Of a stretch of 64,000 bases of DNA, positions 1 through 11,831 are shown in pieces. Location: NCBI GenBank assembly GCA_044892525.1, contig CM097885.1, forward strand, positions 34,536,001 through 34,600,000. The letters run 5' to 3'. The translations under genes were made by a program, and so were the position numbers. Below the pieces are notes generated by a model that saw only the letters and a program-made list of their open reading frames with translations, was not told the origin of the DNA and did not search any database. Origin of the DNA: Schmidtea polychroa (Eukaryota). Numbering within the stretch: the first letter of the stretch is position 1; each line of letters begins with the position of its first letter.

Positions 1-966
1 CCACTCGAACGTTTGTGAATTTCAGATTAATTTGTACTTATTGACAAATTCCTACAAATTTTATTATTTTATAATGACAATTAAATCTTCAAATCTAAAT
101 TCCTATCAGTCATTTTTTCGAGGAACTTATATTTTTGAAGGTTGGGAGTGTTCTTACTGCTGAAACAATAGTCACATCAAAGTTTTTGAAATCAAAAAGT
201 AACAATTGATCCATAATTTTAAAAACTTTTAAACCTATGATTAAAATTAGTCGGTTAGAATGAACAATTTTTAGTCTTCATCAGTATTGTGTATAAATAA
301 ACAAAATATGTATTTTATAACAACTATTGTTCCTGGATTCTTTCAGCACACCCAAAGATTTGAATAAATCGAAGAATTGAAAATAATTTCCAGATACGTA
401 TTTTGATTAGTTTAAGTTTAGGTCATAAAAACGCTCTCTATAATTTTTTATTTGTGGAAATTTTAGCTCTTTAAATAAAATATGAGAGCGAGAATCATTT
501 TTCTAGTAACTAGTTAAAATACTTAGCAGCTGATAGTTAGTAATTGGTATTTGATTGTAAATAGTACCTAGTTGTTACTGTTTGTTAGAAGTATATAGGT
601 TTTAGTATTTGGTTGGGTTTTTAGATTTTGACAAAATATAAGAAATATTCCACTTGCTGAATTAAGAAGAGCTTATTATAAGCAAATACTTGATGAATAA
701 ATTTTATTAAGTCTTTAATTGTTATTATTTTATGTGTAGGTATGTGGTTGTTAGTACTTGATTGTTTGTACTTGATTGTTGTTAGTAAATGGTACTTGGT
801 ATCTAATTGTGAATAGTTTGTAGTTGGTTGTAAGTAATTGATTTTAAGTACCTGGTTGTTGTCGGTATCTGATTGTTGAATTATTAATAATATTATTATT
901 AAATAAATAGTTAAACATACATGGCAATGATTTAATTATAAGATAACGCCAATCAAACATTCTTTT

Positions 967-1005
967 CACCATTAATTTTGGCAGTTTTCCTGTCATCATC
1001 AGGTG
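967..1005 (-). ncRNA. Degenerate hammerhead ribozyme copy in the other pLTR arm
   Basis: Minus strand reads cacCTGATGAtgacaggaaaactgccAAAAttaatGgtg: GAAA changed to AAAA and the cleavage-site C changed to G. Confidence 0.65.
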
Positions 1006-1197
1006 GGATATAATAACTCATTAAATTAAGGATTTTAAACAAATTTAATTATGTATAAAAAAATTGTTTTCATTTTATAAAAAAATATATTATTTTTTTT
1101 TTAAATTTTAACATTTAAAATTTAATTTAATAATTTAAAAAATATTTATTAATTATTTAATTTAACACAACAATCAATACATACAATACACAAAAGC

Positions 1198-2150
1198 TTA
1201 TTTAAAAACACTCAACACACAAGTATTTACTGCATTCTGCACATTAATTTTCGGATTCAATGATTTTATCAAAAACGCCTCACAAATCACACGTTCCCAA
1301 TAATTATCGAAATTTTTTAATAAAATTTTAAAATCAGACATACCTATTTTAATCTTACAGCCCTTATTGTGCTCACCAATATGGGTCAAAGCCTTCGGTC
1401 TACAATGTTCTCGAGCTCGAATACAGAGATGACGGGAAGTCTCTCCAATGTATGTGGCATTACACCCATTACATGTAAACTGATAAACCGGAGTTTTGGA
1501 CTTATTAATAAACATATTGCGTACTTTCCATGAAGTTGACACTATCCTATAGTTTAAATTCCCTAACTGCAATACTAACACAAATTTAGGCTCATCATCC
1601 TTGCTCACACTATTTAATTTATTTAACTCATCAGACTCACACACCTCAACAAAATCAAACCCAGATTTTAACTCATCAGACTCATACATCTCAACAAGAT
1701 CACACCCAGATTTTCTCAAACATGGATCCTTAGGATTTTTAATAAATTTGTCAACAGTCTCTTTCACCATAATTACTAAAAAGGATTTTGAATAACCGTT
1801 CTTCATTAACAATTCAACCAATTCAACACTTTTTACTGAATTTTTAAAAGTAGATGACAAAGACCATGCACGATAAATCAACCCCTTCACCATATTTCTT
1901 TTATACTTGAATTCACAAAAACTTTCGGAAGAAGTATAGAGACCAGTATCAGTTGGTTTTCTATAAATCTCTGTCTCATAGTGTTTCTCTTTGCGTTGTA
2001 TTAACAGATCCAATAAAGCAAGCGATGATTTTTTCTCCGTTTCACATGTGAATACAATGTTTTTATGTAGACTATTCATATAATGCAAAAACGGGTCAAC
2101 ATGCCTCTGATTTTCAAAAATAAAAAATATCATCCACATACCGTTTATAA
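1198..2150 (-). pseudogene. PLE reverse transcriptase C-terminus (YVDD to thumb) and GIY-YIG endonuclease
   Basis: YKRYVDD at about 2148, then a frameshift into FTCETE..LALLDLLI..YRKPTDTG, then VYQFTCNGCNATYIGETSRHL..RAREH..CEAFLIK..NPKINVQ. The first ~55 aa of the listed 1198-2313 ORF are antisense read-through of the inverted arm. Confidence 0.88.
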
Positions 2151-2178
2151 ACGGTATGTGGATGATATTTTTCTTATA

Positions 2179-2484
2179 TTGTGTTCCGATCTCGTTTATC
2201 AGTTTACATGTAATGGGTGTAATGCCACATACATTGGAGAGACTTCCCGTCATCTCTGTATTCGAGCTCGAGAACATTGTAGACCGAAGGCTTTGACCCA
2301 TATTGGTGAGCACAATAAGGGCTGTAAGATTAAAATAGGTATGTCTGATTTTAAAATTTTATTAAAAAATTTCGATAATTATTGGGAACGTGTGATTTGT
2401 GAGGCGTTTTTGATAAAATCATTGAATCCGAAAATTAATGTGCAGAATGCAGTAAATACTTGTGTGTTGAGTGTTTTTAAATAA
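2179..2484 (+). pseudogene. Inverted duplicate of the PLE GIY-YIG domain
   Basis: LCSDLVYQFTCNGCNATYIGETSRHL...VFK* is identical to the C-terminus of the minus-strand copy from VYQFTC onward. Confidence 0.88.
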
Positions 2485-2675
2485 GCTTTTGTGTATTGTA
2501 TGTATTGATTGTTGTGTTAAATTAAATAATTAATAAATATTTTTTAAATTATTAAATTAAATTTTAAATGTTAAAATTTAAAAAAAAATAATATATTTTT
2601 TTATAAAATGAAAACAATTTTTTTATATATAATTAAATTTGTTTAAAATCCTTAATTTAATGAGTTATTATATCC

Positions 2676-2714
2676 CACCTGATGATAACAGTAAAACTGT
2701 CGAAATTAATCGTG
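2676..2714 (+). ncRNA. Minimal type I hammerhead ribozyme in PLE pLTR
   Basis: cac-CTGATGA-ta-acagt(aaa)actgt-c-GAAA-ttaa-TC-gtg: both core boxes, stem II, palindromic stem III (ATTAAT), AUC cleavage triplet and a 3-bp stem I. Confidence 0.75.
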
Positions 2715-2742
2715 AAAAGAATGTTTGATTAGCGTTATCTTA

Positions 2743-2744
<2 letters not shown>

Positions 2745-2798
<54 letters not shown>
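2745..2798. repeat. (TTA)n microsatellite
   Basis: Direct reading. Confidence 0.97.
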
Positions 2799-4753
2799 GC
2801 AAAATTTGTATTTAAATTTGTTTTTGAAAATTATTTCATAAAAACTTTCATTTAAAATTTCCATTTCTCAAAAGCCAACTATTATTCACACTATTTGTTA
2901 ATAAATTTAAAATTCTTACTTTAATTTACTTATTACATTTATTACTTTAATTTAAAAATATTATTTATTTAAAATCTTGTACTTAAATTTAAAATTTAGC
3001 CCTTAATTTACTTTTTTATCCTTAATTAACTTAATTTAACTATTAATTTACTTAATTTTAAAATTTAAAAATTAATTTAACTATTTAACTTAGCCCTTAA
3101 TTTACTTAATTATCCTTAATTTTCTGTTTTATCCATGTATTACTTAATTTAACATTTTACACCATAATTTACTTAACAACCTAATATAACCATTATTTAC
3201 ATATTTAACTTACTTAATTTAAATATTTAGACCCTAGATTCCTAAATATAGCCATTGATTTACTTTAATTTTTAAATTTAGCTTACTTTAATTTAAAATC
3301 TTATACCATAATTTACTTTAATTTACTTATTTTAGACCATAATTTGCTTTAATTTACTTATTTAGGCTCATTGATCACTTTAATTTAAATATTTAGTCCA
3401 TAATTTACTTTAATTCAATTTTTAGACCCTAAATTTAATTTAATTTAAAATTTTAGATCATAATTTACTTATTAGAGTCCTTAATTTAAAATTTAGACCC
3501 TAATTTACCTATTTATCTTTAAATTACTATGCATTTTTAGCATTGAAAATCCCAGGACCAAGGAGACCCACCTTAATTATCATTAATTTACCATGCTTTT
3601 TTTATTGATAGTTGAATTTTGTATTGAAAATCCCACGATCAAGGAGCCCCTCACTATAGTCAAAAAAAAATTGCATTTTTTAGTGATAGTCGGATTTTGT
3701 ATTGAAAATCCCAGGACCAAGGAGACTCACCTTAATTATCATTAATTTACCATGCTTTTTTTATTGATAGTTGAATTTTGTATTGAAAATCCCAGGACCA
3801 AGGAGACTCACCTTAATTATCATTAATTTACCATGCTTTTTTATTGATAGTTGAATTTTGTATTGAAAATCCCAGGACCAAGGAGACCCACCTTAATTAT
3901 CATTAATTTACCATGCTTTTTTTATTGATAGTTGAATTTTGTATTGAAAATCCCAGGACCAAGGAGACCCACCTTAATTATCATTAATTTACCATGCTTT
4001 TTTTATTGATAGTTGAATTTTGTATTGAAAATCCCACGATCAAGGAGCCCCTCACTATAGTCAAAAAAACATTGCATTTTTTAATGATAGTCGGATTTTG
4101 TATTGAAAATCCCAGGACCAAGGAGACTCACCTTAATTATCATTAATTTACCATGCTTTTTTTATTGATAGTTGAATTTTGTATTGAAAATCCCAGGACC
4201 AAGGAGACTCACCTTAATTATCATTAATTTACCATGCTTTTTTATTGATAGTTGAATTTTGTATTGAAAATCCCAGGACCAAGGAGACCCACCTTAATTA
4301 TCATTAATTTACCATGCTTTTTTTATTGATAGTTGAATTTTGTATTGAAAATCCCAGGACCAAGGAGACCCACCTTAATTATCATTAATTTACCATGCTT
4401 TTTTTATTGATAGTTGAATTTTGTATTGAAAATCCCACGATCAAGGAGCCCCTCACTATAGTCAAAAAAAAATTGCATTTTTTAGTGATAGTCGGATTTT
4501 GTATTGAAAATCCCAGGACCAAGGAGACTCACCTTAATTATATGTAGACCCTTTTTTGTATTGAAAATTCCAGGTTCAATGAGACACCCTCACTTTAGTC
4601 AGAAAATCCATGCTTTCTATCGATAATTGAATTTTGTAAAATAAGAGTGGCCACTGCAGCAATTAAGTACCGTTGAGAAAAACAATTACTGGAGCAACCC
4701 CCTGGAGGGGTACACCGGATGGTCTTGCTCCAGTGTGCTACTAACTACCTACT
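2799..4753. mobile_element. Probable Polinton/Maverick terminal (TIR) region with internal tandem repeats
   Basis: Degenerate ~28-30 bp AT-rich repeats, then an 80-bp array and a GC-rich hairpin. The end reads AGTAGGTAGTTAGTAGC on the minus strand. It is colinear with 31640-32452 and abuts a pPolB relic. Confidence 0.55.
3541..4540. repeat. ~80-bp tandem minisatellite (~12.5 units) with ~400-bp higher-order period
   Basis: Unit tattgaaaatcccaggaccaaggagac(c/t)caccttaattatc...; a variant unit (cccacgatcaaggagcccctcactatagtc) recurs at about 3622, 4023 and 4424. Confidence 0.95.
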
Positions 4754-4789
4754 AATGATTAAAATAAATTAAATAAAATTTCTGATGAT

Positions 4790-5890
4790 TGTTTGAATGT
4801 TGACTTCGAATTACTCACATTCGGTTACACAGTTAAAGTAGATTCGGAAATTCTAGAATCTATTCATTATAAGCCTGACGATTTCCCTGTTGCTGCTGAA
4901 TAGATGCGTGCACCAGGATCCAAAGTGTAGATGTTGATGCTTACGCATTATTCCAAAAAGAATTATGTTGTTCATTGAAGACTTCTCCAGCTTTATTTAA
5001 ATATTGGGGTAAAAGTCACTAAAATTCATCGTGCTATACAATTTGAACAATTATCAACATTTAAAAATTATATAGAAATTAATACACAGCTTAGAGTTTT
5101 ATCAACAAACACACTTGATAAAAATTATTTCAAATTATGAAACAACAATCTGTACGACTGTTGAAAATTCAAAAAAGCGTATAAATTTAAGACTTTGCAT
5201 CTCTGTTCAAAAGTATTAACTTGTTGCTAAAAACCAAATTTTACAATGAAAACTAAAATTGACGACGATTTAATATTAGTTTTGTTAAGGAAAGACTTAA
5301 TATGTCTAAATAGACTTAGTTTTATTGGTCAAAGCGCTCTTGATATTTCTAAATTGAGTATGTACCAACTTCAGTATATTGATTTGGAAAATATCGAAGT
5401 GAATTTAATTGTCAAATAAATATCATTGCTCGGAACACAGATTCCTTTTACCTAGAAATAAACAAATTAGAAGCTTGATTCTCTTTTACCAGCACTGATA
5501 AGGGATAATTTATTAGACATGTCTAATTATGATATAACACATTCTTTATATTCAAGCAACCTTGATTCTGTAATAGGAAAATTTAAAGATGAGAGCAAGG
5601 GATTTGGATATGACGAATGGATATTTTTAAGACCTAAATGTTATAGCATGGAGGGTGATAAGGGTGTATGAAAGCGAAGGGGTTCACAATGAAAGAAACT
5701 GGTATAAATTATCAGTCATATCTGAATTGTTATAACAATAATGAAATCTATACGGTGCCCCAATTTAGAATAACGAAAAAGAATTAGTATTAAAATTTAT
5801 TAGTATTAAAAATAATAAGATGGCTCTAACTAATGCTGATGATAAGCGCAATCGGATACTTAAAAATAAAGGTTATGCGATGGGCATTAT
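4790..5890 (+). pseudogene. Degenerate protein-primed family B DNA polymerase (Polinton pPolB), C-terminal half
   Basis: Manual translation across stops and frameshifts gives, in the expected order: GYTVKVD..IH..DDFPVAAE; KNYVVH*RLLQLYL..G.KVTKIHRAIQF; YFKL*NNNLY; FIGQSALDISKLSMY; NTDSFYL; VIGKFKDE; LRPKCYS; KAKG; DDKR. Confidence 0.85.
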
Positions 5891-6920
5891 AGAGAGGGTG
5901 GTATGGTTATGGCTATTATTCTGGTAATGATTCTGGTGAAGAAATATTGCCGACAATTAGTAGATATGAGAACGAAATGTTGCTGCCCATAATCGATCCA
6001 GAAGAAGATTTGTTATATGATCCACATTTTCCGGGTGATGTTGATGACGGATATAATTTAATAAAGTTTATGATATAAAACATTTTTTTCTCTATTTTTA
6101 TGTGTTAAAAATATTATTTTACTAGTATTACTTGTGATAGTACACTATTTTTATTTGGTAATTTTACTTGTGATAGTACACTATTTGTGATATTACACTG
6201 GTTAATTTAGTACACTTTTTAATTATATAATTAACTAATTTGAAATACATCGGCAGTCCGATTTTTTAGGCTCGAGTAAGTTGAGCAGTGTGATTTATTG
6301 GTTTCACCTTTACTTATTTACGCCGCCACTGTAAACAGTGCTAGCATGGCCTATTTCCAAAGGTATACAAGGAGTTGGTTTTCAATAGTCATGTGGCCAT
6401 CTGTCAATGGATCACCTTGCTTTTTCCACGAGACATATCTGTAATCTGCTTCTCAGTACGACCCAACAGTCCATTTGGAATATAAAACGGAATTTGTATG
6501 TGTACTTTTACAGGATTAAGTAATAATTGTTTGGGAATAAGTTTCTTTACATCGGATGAAATTAAAGTGGCTTTCATTTGATATCTTATCTTTTTCCTTA
6601 GAAATTAAAACTGGTCTTGGGTTACTGTTTATTTTCGCGTAAGATAGTTAGTGTATTGTTATCTTTGAACTAAATCCTCTATAAAATCTTATTTTTAAAA
6701 CCGCTATGATAAAAATATGAAATTTTTTATTTTGCTTAAAACACTTCTGCAATTTACGCAATGAGTTTAGCGTTAGATTTTACATTTTTATTATTTTATA
6801 CATTTTCTTAACTTACAAATTATATGAATTAAATAAAAATATGTTTTAGTTCAATATATCCGTGTTACTTATTTATAATTAAAAAAATGATTTTGGAATA
6901 TTATTTTACTCTCATTAGAG

Positions 6921-7169
6921 CAGTGGTTCTTAACCTGGGGTCCATGGACCCCCAGGGGGTCCACGAACGGGTTCTAAGTGGTCCGCGGAACTATTTACAA
7001 AAATATTTTATTATTTTTGTTTGAAGCTGAATAAACAGATTTATAAATAATTATTAAAAAATGTATGTGTTTTACTATCAATTTATTAATTTTTTAACAT
7101 TTCAGGGGTCCGTCGGTACCAATTATATATTTATGGGGTCCATAAGTTTGAAAAGGTTAAGAACCCCTG
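6921..7169. mobile_element. hAT (Charlie/Buster-type) MITE
   Basis: TIRs CAGTGGTTCTTAACCT / AGGTTAAGAACCCCTG and an 8-bp TSD cattagag/cattaaag (1 mismatch). Confidence 0.9.
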
Positions 7170-7724
7170 CATTAAAGTTTGACATAATTAGATTTTTAAA
7201 GAACCTAACATCCATGTTTTACGCGTTATACATGTAATAATAATTTCAATGGTATAAATGTTTGCTCTTATAAAAACTTTAGTATAATAATTATAATTTA
7301 TAAATTTTAATGACAAAAGTATATCATGTTATTTTGTTTCAATTAACACATGTTAATTATCAATTTTTCTCTCAACTTCTATTGAATTAAATGAAATTAA
7401 TTGAAATTACACACATCTATTGTTAGTAAAAAATAAATGTTTTTTTTTAAATTAATAAATTTAATTTTAATAAATTAACAGGATTTAAATCTAAATAGCT
7501 TTTGTTTGAATTTTAGTTTGAAAAAATATTTCTAATCAATAATTCAATATCGATCTGATCAGAAAGTCTGATACACATTAAACACCATAGAATATGTTGA
7601 TATCTTGAATTTTATTTCACAATAGATCAGTAAACCAAAACAGTCAGCATTGACAGCAAATAATTCTAATAAAAAGACGTATTTTTTTAAAAATAAAAAA
7701 TCGGATTAAAAGAAGATATTAATA

Positions 7725-7727
<3 letters not shown>

Positions 7728-7787
<60 letters not shown>
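7728..7787. repeat. (TA)n microsatellite
   Basis: Direct reading. Confidence 0.97.
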
Positions 7788-7791
<4 letters not shown>

Positions 7792-7887
7792 GATATATTT
7801 ATCTACAAACTAAATAAATAGCATCTTCATAAATAAAATTATTTTTCTCATCGTTTATGCAAATAATGAAACGAGATATTTGAATGA

Positions 7888-8988
7888 TTAAACCTTGTGT
7901 CGCCTAGAATTTGGAATATAACTTACGATTCTCGACATACCAAAACTTTCTTCTTGTTCGGTGACAAATATTTTATGCCACCTAAATATCCTTTGAAACA
8001 AATACCAAAGATCTCGACGATAATGTTCACTAGTAGATACATAAATCAAAAAATTACAACAAGAATCCACAACAACGAGGGCTCGAGTTATTTGATAAAG
8101 AACCATGAGATTGCTCAACCCATTGGGATATGTGAACTTTAACAAAGTGATAATAAAAATCGGGATTTCTGTGACAGTGAAAACACCGGCTAAAACTGTA
8201 ATTGTCAAAGTGGCTTTCTGTTGAGATGTCATACATTGCGTTTCATTCTCTCGGAAATACTGTTTGAGTAAATGCGTCGATTTGAATGTTTGTTTAAATA
8301 GGAAATAAATCATAGTTAAAGTAGAAATCGTCACAATAACGACTGGAAAAACTGACTGATAAATAAAATACCCAATTTCAAAACACTGATAGAGAGAACT
8401 GTTTTTCCAATGGGAATCGAAAATTATTTTGTTTTCATTCTCGCAAACTATGGCTTTCTTGTAGAATACTCGTATTACGGAGAGCGAGAATGATAACAAC
8501 AGCACGATAATTGTGTACAATCTCGATTTACAAGAGGAAAATATTGAGTACGATCTGATTTTTAATGGTCTGAAAATCGCCTCTAATCTCGCCAATGCTA
8601 CGAGCATTACCATCCAGTTTCTTGAACACAATAAAGCATTAATTGACCAAAAGGTCAAAGTACTGAATATCATTGCTGATACATATTTATCATCTGGTAA
8701 ATGAGCGAACATTGAGATTTTGTCGGTAAAAATCCACAAATCCAACACCAATTCAATAATTGCATGATATAAAGAAGTGTACCTCATGTTGTGAGACCGA
8801 CCTTTGAATCGAGGCTGGGACAAAGTAAAAACTGTCAAAGTATTCGTGACGAATCCGATAATTGCAACAACCGCGATAAAAATATTCGTCGAATAATCGA
8901 ATAGTTCATTTTCGTATGAGCTTAAATTGAGATTTTTATGAAAGTAATAAACATTTGAACAGTTTCTAACATAATGTATTAGAAACAT
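7888..8988 (-). CDS. Intronless rhodopsin-like (class A) GPCR, probably of the flatworm-expanded orphan PROF1-like group
   Basis: 366-aa ORF with 7 hydrophobic segments: TM1 IIGFVTN, TM3 RNWMVMLVALARLEAIFRP (DRY changed to ARL), TM5 FP, TM6 FTVTEIP, TM7 DSCCNFLIY, helix 8 YRR. Subfamily assignment is from memory of the motif. Confidence 0.9.
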   Translation of the reverse strand: MFLIHYVRNCSNVYYFHKNLNLSSYENELFDYSTNIFIAVVAIIGFVTNTLTVFTLSQPRFKGRSHNMRYTSLYHAIIELVLDLWIFTDKISMFAHLPDDKYVSAMIFSTLTFWSINALLCSRNWMVMLVALARLEAIFRPLKIRSYSIFSSCKSRLYTIIVLLLSFSLSVIRVFYKKAIVCENENKIIFDSHWKNSSLYQCFEIGYFIYQSVFPVVIVTISTLTMIYFLFKQTFKSTHLLKQYFRENETQCMTSQQKATLTITVLAGVFTVTEIPIFIITLLKFTYPNGLSNLMVLYQITRALVVVDSCCNFLIYVSTSEHYRRDLWYLFQRIFRWHKIFVTEQEESFGMSRIVSYIPNSRRHKV

Positions 8989-9989
8989 TATTCAAAAGGT
9001 CTATTTAAAATAAGATTTAATAATAAATGATTTGAATTTCGTTTTCATTGGATGAAATTAAAATCAATCTCATTGGTTAATTTCTAATTCGCAGAAATAT
9101 TAAGACAACCTATTTCGTTTAATAATAGAACAGAAACAAATTAATTAATTTTTATTTTTAAATAATCAATTATTGTTAATGAGTGATGCCAATAATAACT
9201 TTTTCAGAATAACATTTTCTATGATTTATTTGATCTATAATATTACAAAATTTCAAATTTTTTAATTTAATAAAATTGTTTAATAATTAATAGAAAGTTT
9301 ATTATTTAAGTCCTAAACAATAACATACTTTTGTAAAAATTACATTAATAGTAAACAATAGAAAGTAGTTATGATTAAGGTAAAGATAAAATGTAAATTG
9401 ATTGACACATGATGAATTATGCCAAAAGTTATAGAAAATGGCTAAAAAATTTACATACGCGAAAATTTAATTGCCTAATTTATTTATTTAAATATATTGA
9501 TTGAATCATATTTTAACACTTGTTCAGTATTTAACTTTCTTCATATTTGGTAAGCATTCTTTTCATTTTTCATTATTTTTCTTCTATTGAACTGATCAAT
9601 GAATGCTAAGTAACATTTCGTTGATGTTGACTCCATAAAATTAATAATTAAATTCATTAGCTGAATCAAAGTAATCAATATTGTACAAGTCGAAAGGTGT
9701 CACTAGAGAGGTATTTGAGGTGTAGATTTCGCTGGTTGACAACAAAATGTCAAATTTGAAAAAGCAGGTAGAACTCTATCTAGTCGGGTTCCATAAGAGT
9801 TTGTAGTTAAATACATGACTAAGCAAAGAGTGTCATCATGCTTATGTGAATACAAGATTCAGAGATGCTTGGAGCAAAATTTGGGGCTATTTTCAATCTC
9901 GCCAAGTCCTGTGGTTTCCGGAAATTGAAAACGTTCTTTACTTACTCGTTTTTATAAAAATAATTATTCTTATGGACTTTTATACTTTT

Positions 9990-10200
9990 ATTTTTCACTA
10001 TGTGTGTATGTGGCTTAATGTGAGAAAAGCATTTCAAAACTGAATTTTTTAAAGAACTATTTGCGATCCACCATGGGTCAGTCAAGGCTTTCTGATTGGG
10101 TTTTATTATCAATTGAAAGTGATATAGTTAAATATATTGATTTTGATGGAGTGATTGAAAGTTTTGCAGCTTTGAAGACCAAAAAAAGAATATTTTAAAT
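9990..10200 (+). pseudogene. hAT transposase C-terminal dimerization-domain relic (ZMYM1-like)
   Basis: FSKLNFLKNYLRSTMGQSRLSDWVLLSIESDIVKYIDFDGVIESFAALK matches the typical YLRSTM.QERL..L.LLSIE motif. Confidence 0.75.
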
Positions 10201-11042
10201 AAAGCTTAATGTTAAAATAACAATAACTTTACTTTGTTGCAGATTTTGGATGCTTAAAGCACCATTTTTCTTATGTTCTTATTAACCTTTTGATTTATTT
10301 TACAAACAATACTATCGGCGATTATATATCGTCTAGTACAGACGGATTCGAAAAAGGCCCATAACTTCATGATGTAACTCTGTATTTTGGAGGTGTAAGT
10401 AGGTGACACCACGAGTTTACTGCATTGGGTGACATCAAACCAAATGATGCTTTTACTCAGGTCTCTAAATTCATCTATAATTTCAATTTCAAAATCTTCA
10501 CAACTTTGATAATGAATCAACTTTTAACGATAAAACGTTATTGTCTGAGGTTTGAAATGCCATTGAATTAGAATAAAAAAGTATAAAGTGTGATACTATT
10601 TTATTAATTCCAAAATTCAAATATGCATTAAACAAGGTTGCTTTAACTTCACTGCTATCAATGAATAAATACTTTTGATAAAAAAATTTATATCATTTTA
10701 ATTTAAATAATTTTGAAATAGTATAAAAAAAGGTCATAAAAGGTCATAAAAGGTCATAAAAGGGCTTTTGAAAATATCAATTTAGTGTAAGTACCCGTAT
10801 TACAATTATAAAATAAAAGTTATAGTAACAGGGGGTCAAAAATTTATTAATGAAAATAACTACAGCATAATAAATATGCAGGCCAAATACAGTAGGCAAG
10901 CTACTGTATGGGGTGTTTAATCGACTTGTGTGCTATTTTAGGGCACAATCATCCATTTCATTATTCTTGTGTCGTTGATAGAAGCCCCGATGATTTTTAT
11001 ATGTCTTTCTGGAACCTATAATAACTCTTTCTATCATTTTGA

Positions 11043-11315
11043 GTAGTGTGTTAATATCCCTAACCAAAACAGCCCTCCCAACAAAACATACCTCCATTAC
11101 GCCTAAACCATTAGAAAAACAACCTAAAACTTATACTTTTATAGTATTTTAACCCTATATTTTTGAAAACAACCACCCTTAATACCCCTAACTGTTTTAA
11201 TCTTTAAAGCCTCAAACTCAAAAGCTTCAAACTAAAAACATAAAGAGAATAGAAAAGAAAATGGTATTATGAAAAAGTTAGAGGGCTTTTTTGGTTAGGG
11301 ATATAAACACACTAC
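11043..11315. mobile_element. MITE-like element with ~35-bp TIRs
   Basis: GTAGTGTGTTAATATCCCTAACCAAAACAGCCCTC versus the reverse complement of the right end GTAGTGTGTTTATATCCCTAACCAAAAAAGCCCTC; TTGA flanks both sides. Confidence 0.85.
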
Positions 11316-11831
11316 TTGAGGCATTGTTTTGATCGTAATCAAACTCCGGAGTTGATCTTTATCAGATTATTGATTTTAAATTATATAAATTAAAAAAATA
11401 AATGAAAAAGAATAAAACTGCTCTGAGAGGACAGTGGTATTTTTTTTTCACTGTCCTCTCAACAGTTTTTTGATCCGGATCATTTTTTTATTTATCAACC
11501 TCTTTCGTTTATCAAATCTCTTCCAATATACAAGCTGGCCAGACTCATACATCAGAATCAATTCGATCTCGAAAGTACAAATGAATTCGAAAGCGAATCC
11601 GAAAGAGGTCCGAAAACAACTGAGAAAGGGATCGATCCGGGGTGTGTTCGAAAGACTGGTGGCGATAATTACCGGTTCACCATCACACCCGTTTCAATAT
11701 TTTTTTTTTCATATTTATGTTTAAAAATTAATTAATTAATAGAAAAATAAAATAAAATATACAACTACTTTATAAATCTAAGATACCCACACTATTTATT
11801 ATTTTCAAATTTTTAATATTATTTTATGTTG

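Larger units (their letters stand above)
901..2744 (-). mobile_element. 5'-truncated Penelope-like element (PLE) with inverted pseudo-LTR copy, inserted in a (TTA)n tract
   Basis: Arms 937-1488 and 2194-2744 are reverse complements. The element encodes an RT C-terminus plus GIY-YIG endonuclease. (TTA)n lies at both ends. An inverted partial pLTR is a known PLE architecture. Confidence 0.9.

Noticed and set aside
2150..2313. N-terminus of the 371-aa ORF as real protein
   Set aside because: It is the antisense of the inverted GIY-YIG arm.
3541..4540. CRISPR-like array
   Set aside because: The units repeat in full with no unique spacers, there are no cas genes, and the context is eukaryotic.
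10254..10800. 88-aa ORF and (aaaaggtcat)x3
   Set aside because: Probably a DNA-transposon remnant, but no family could be assigned.
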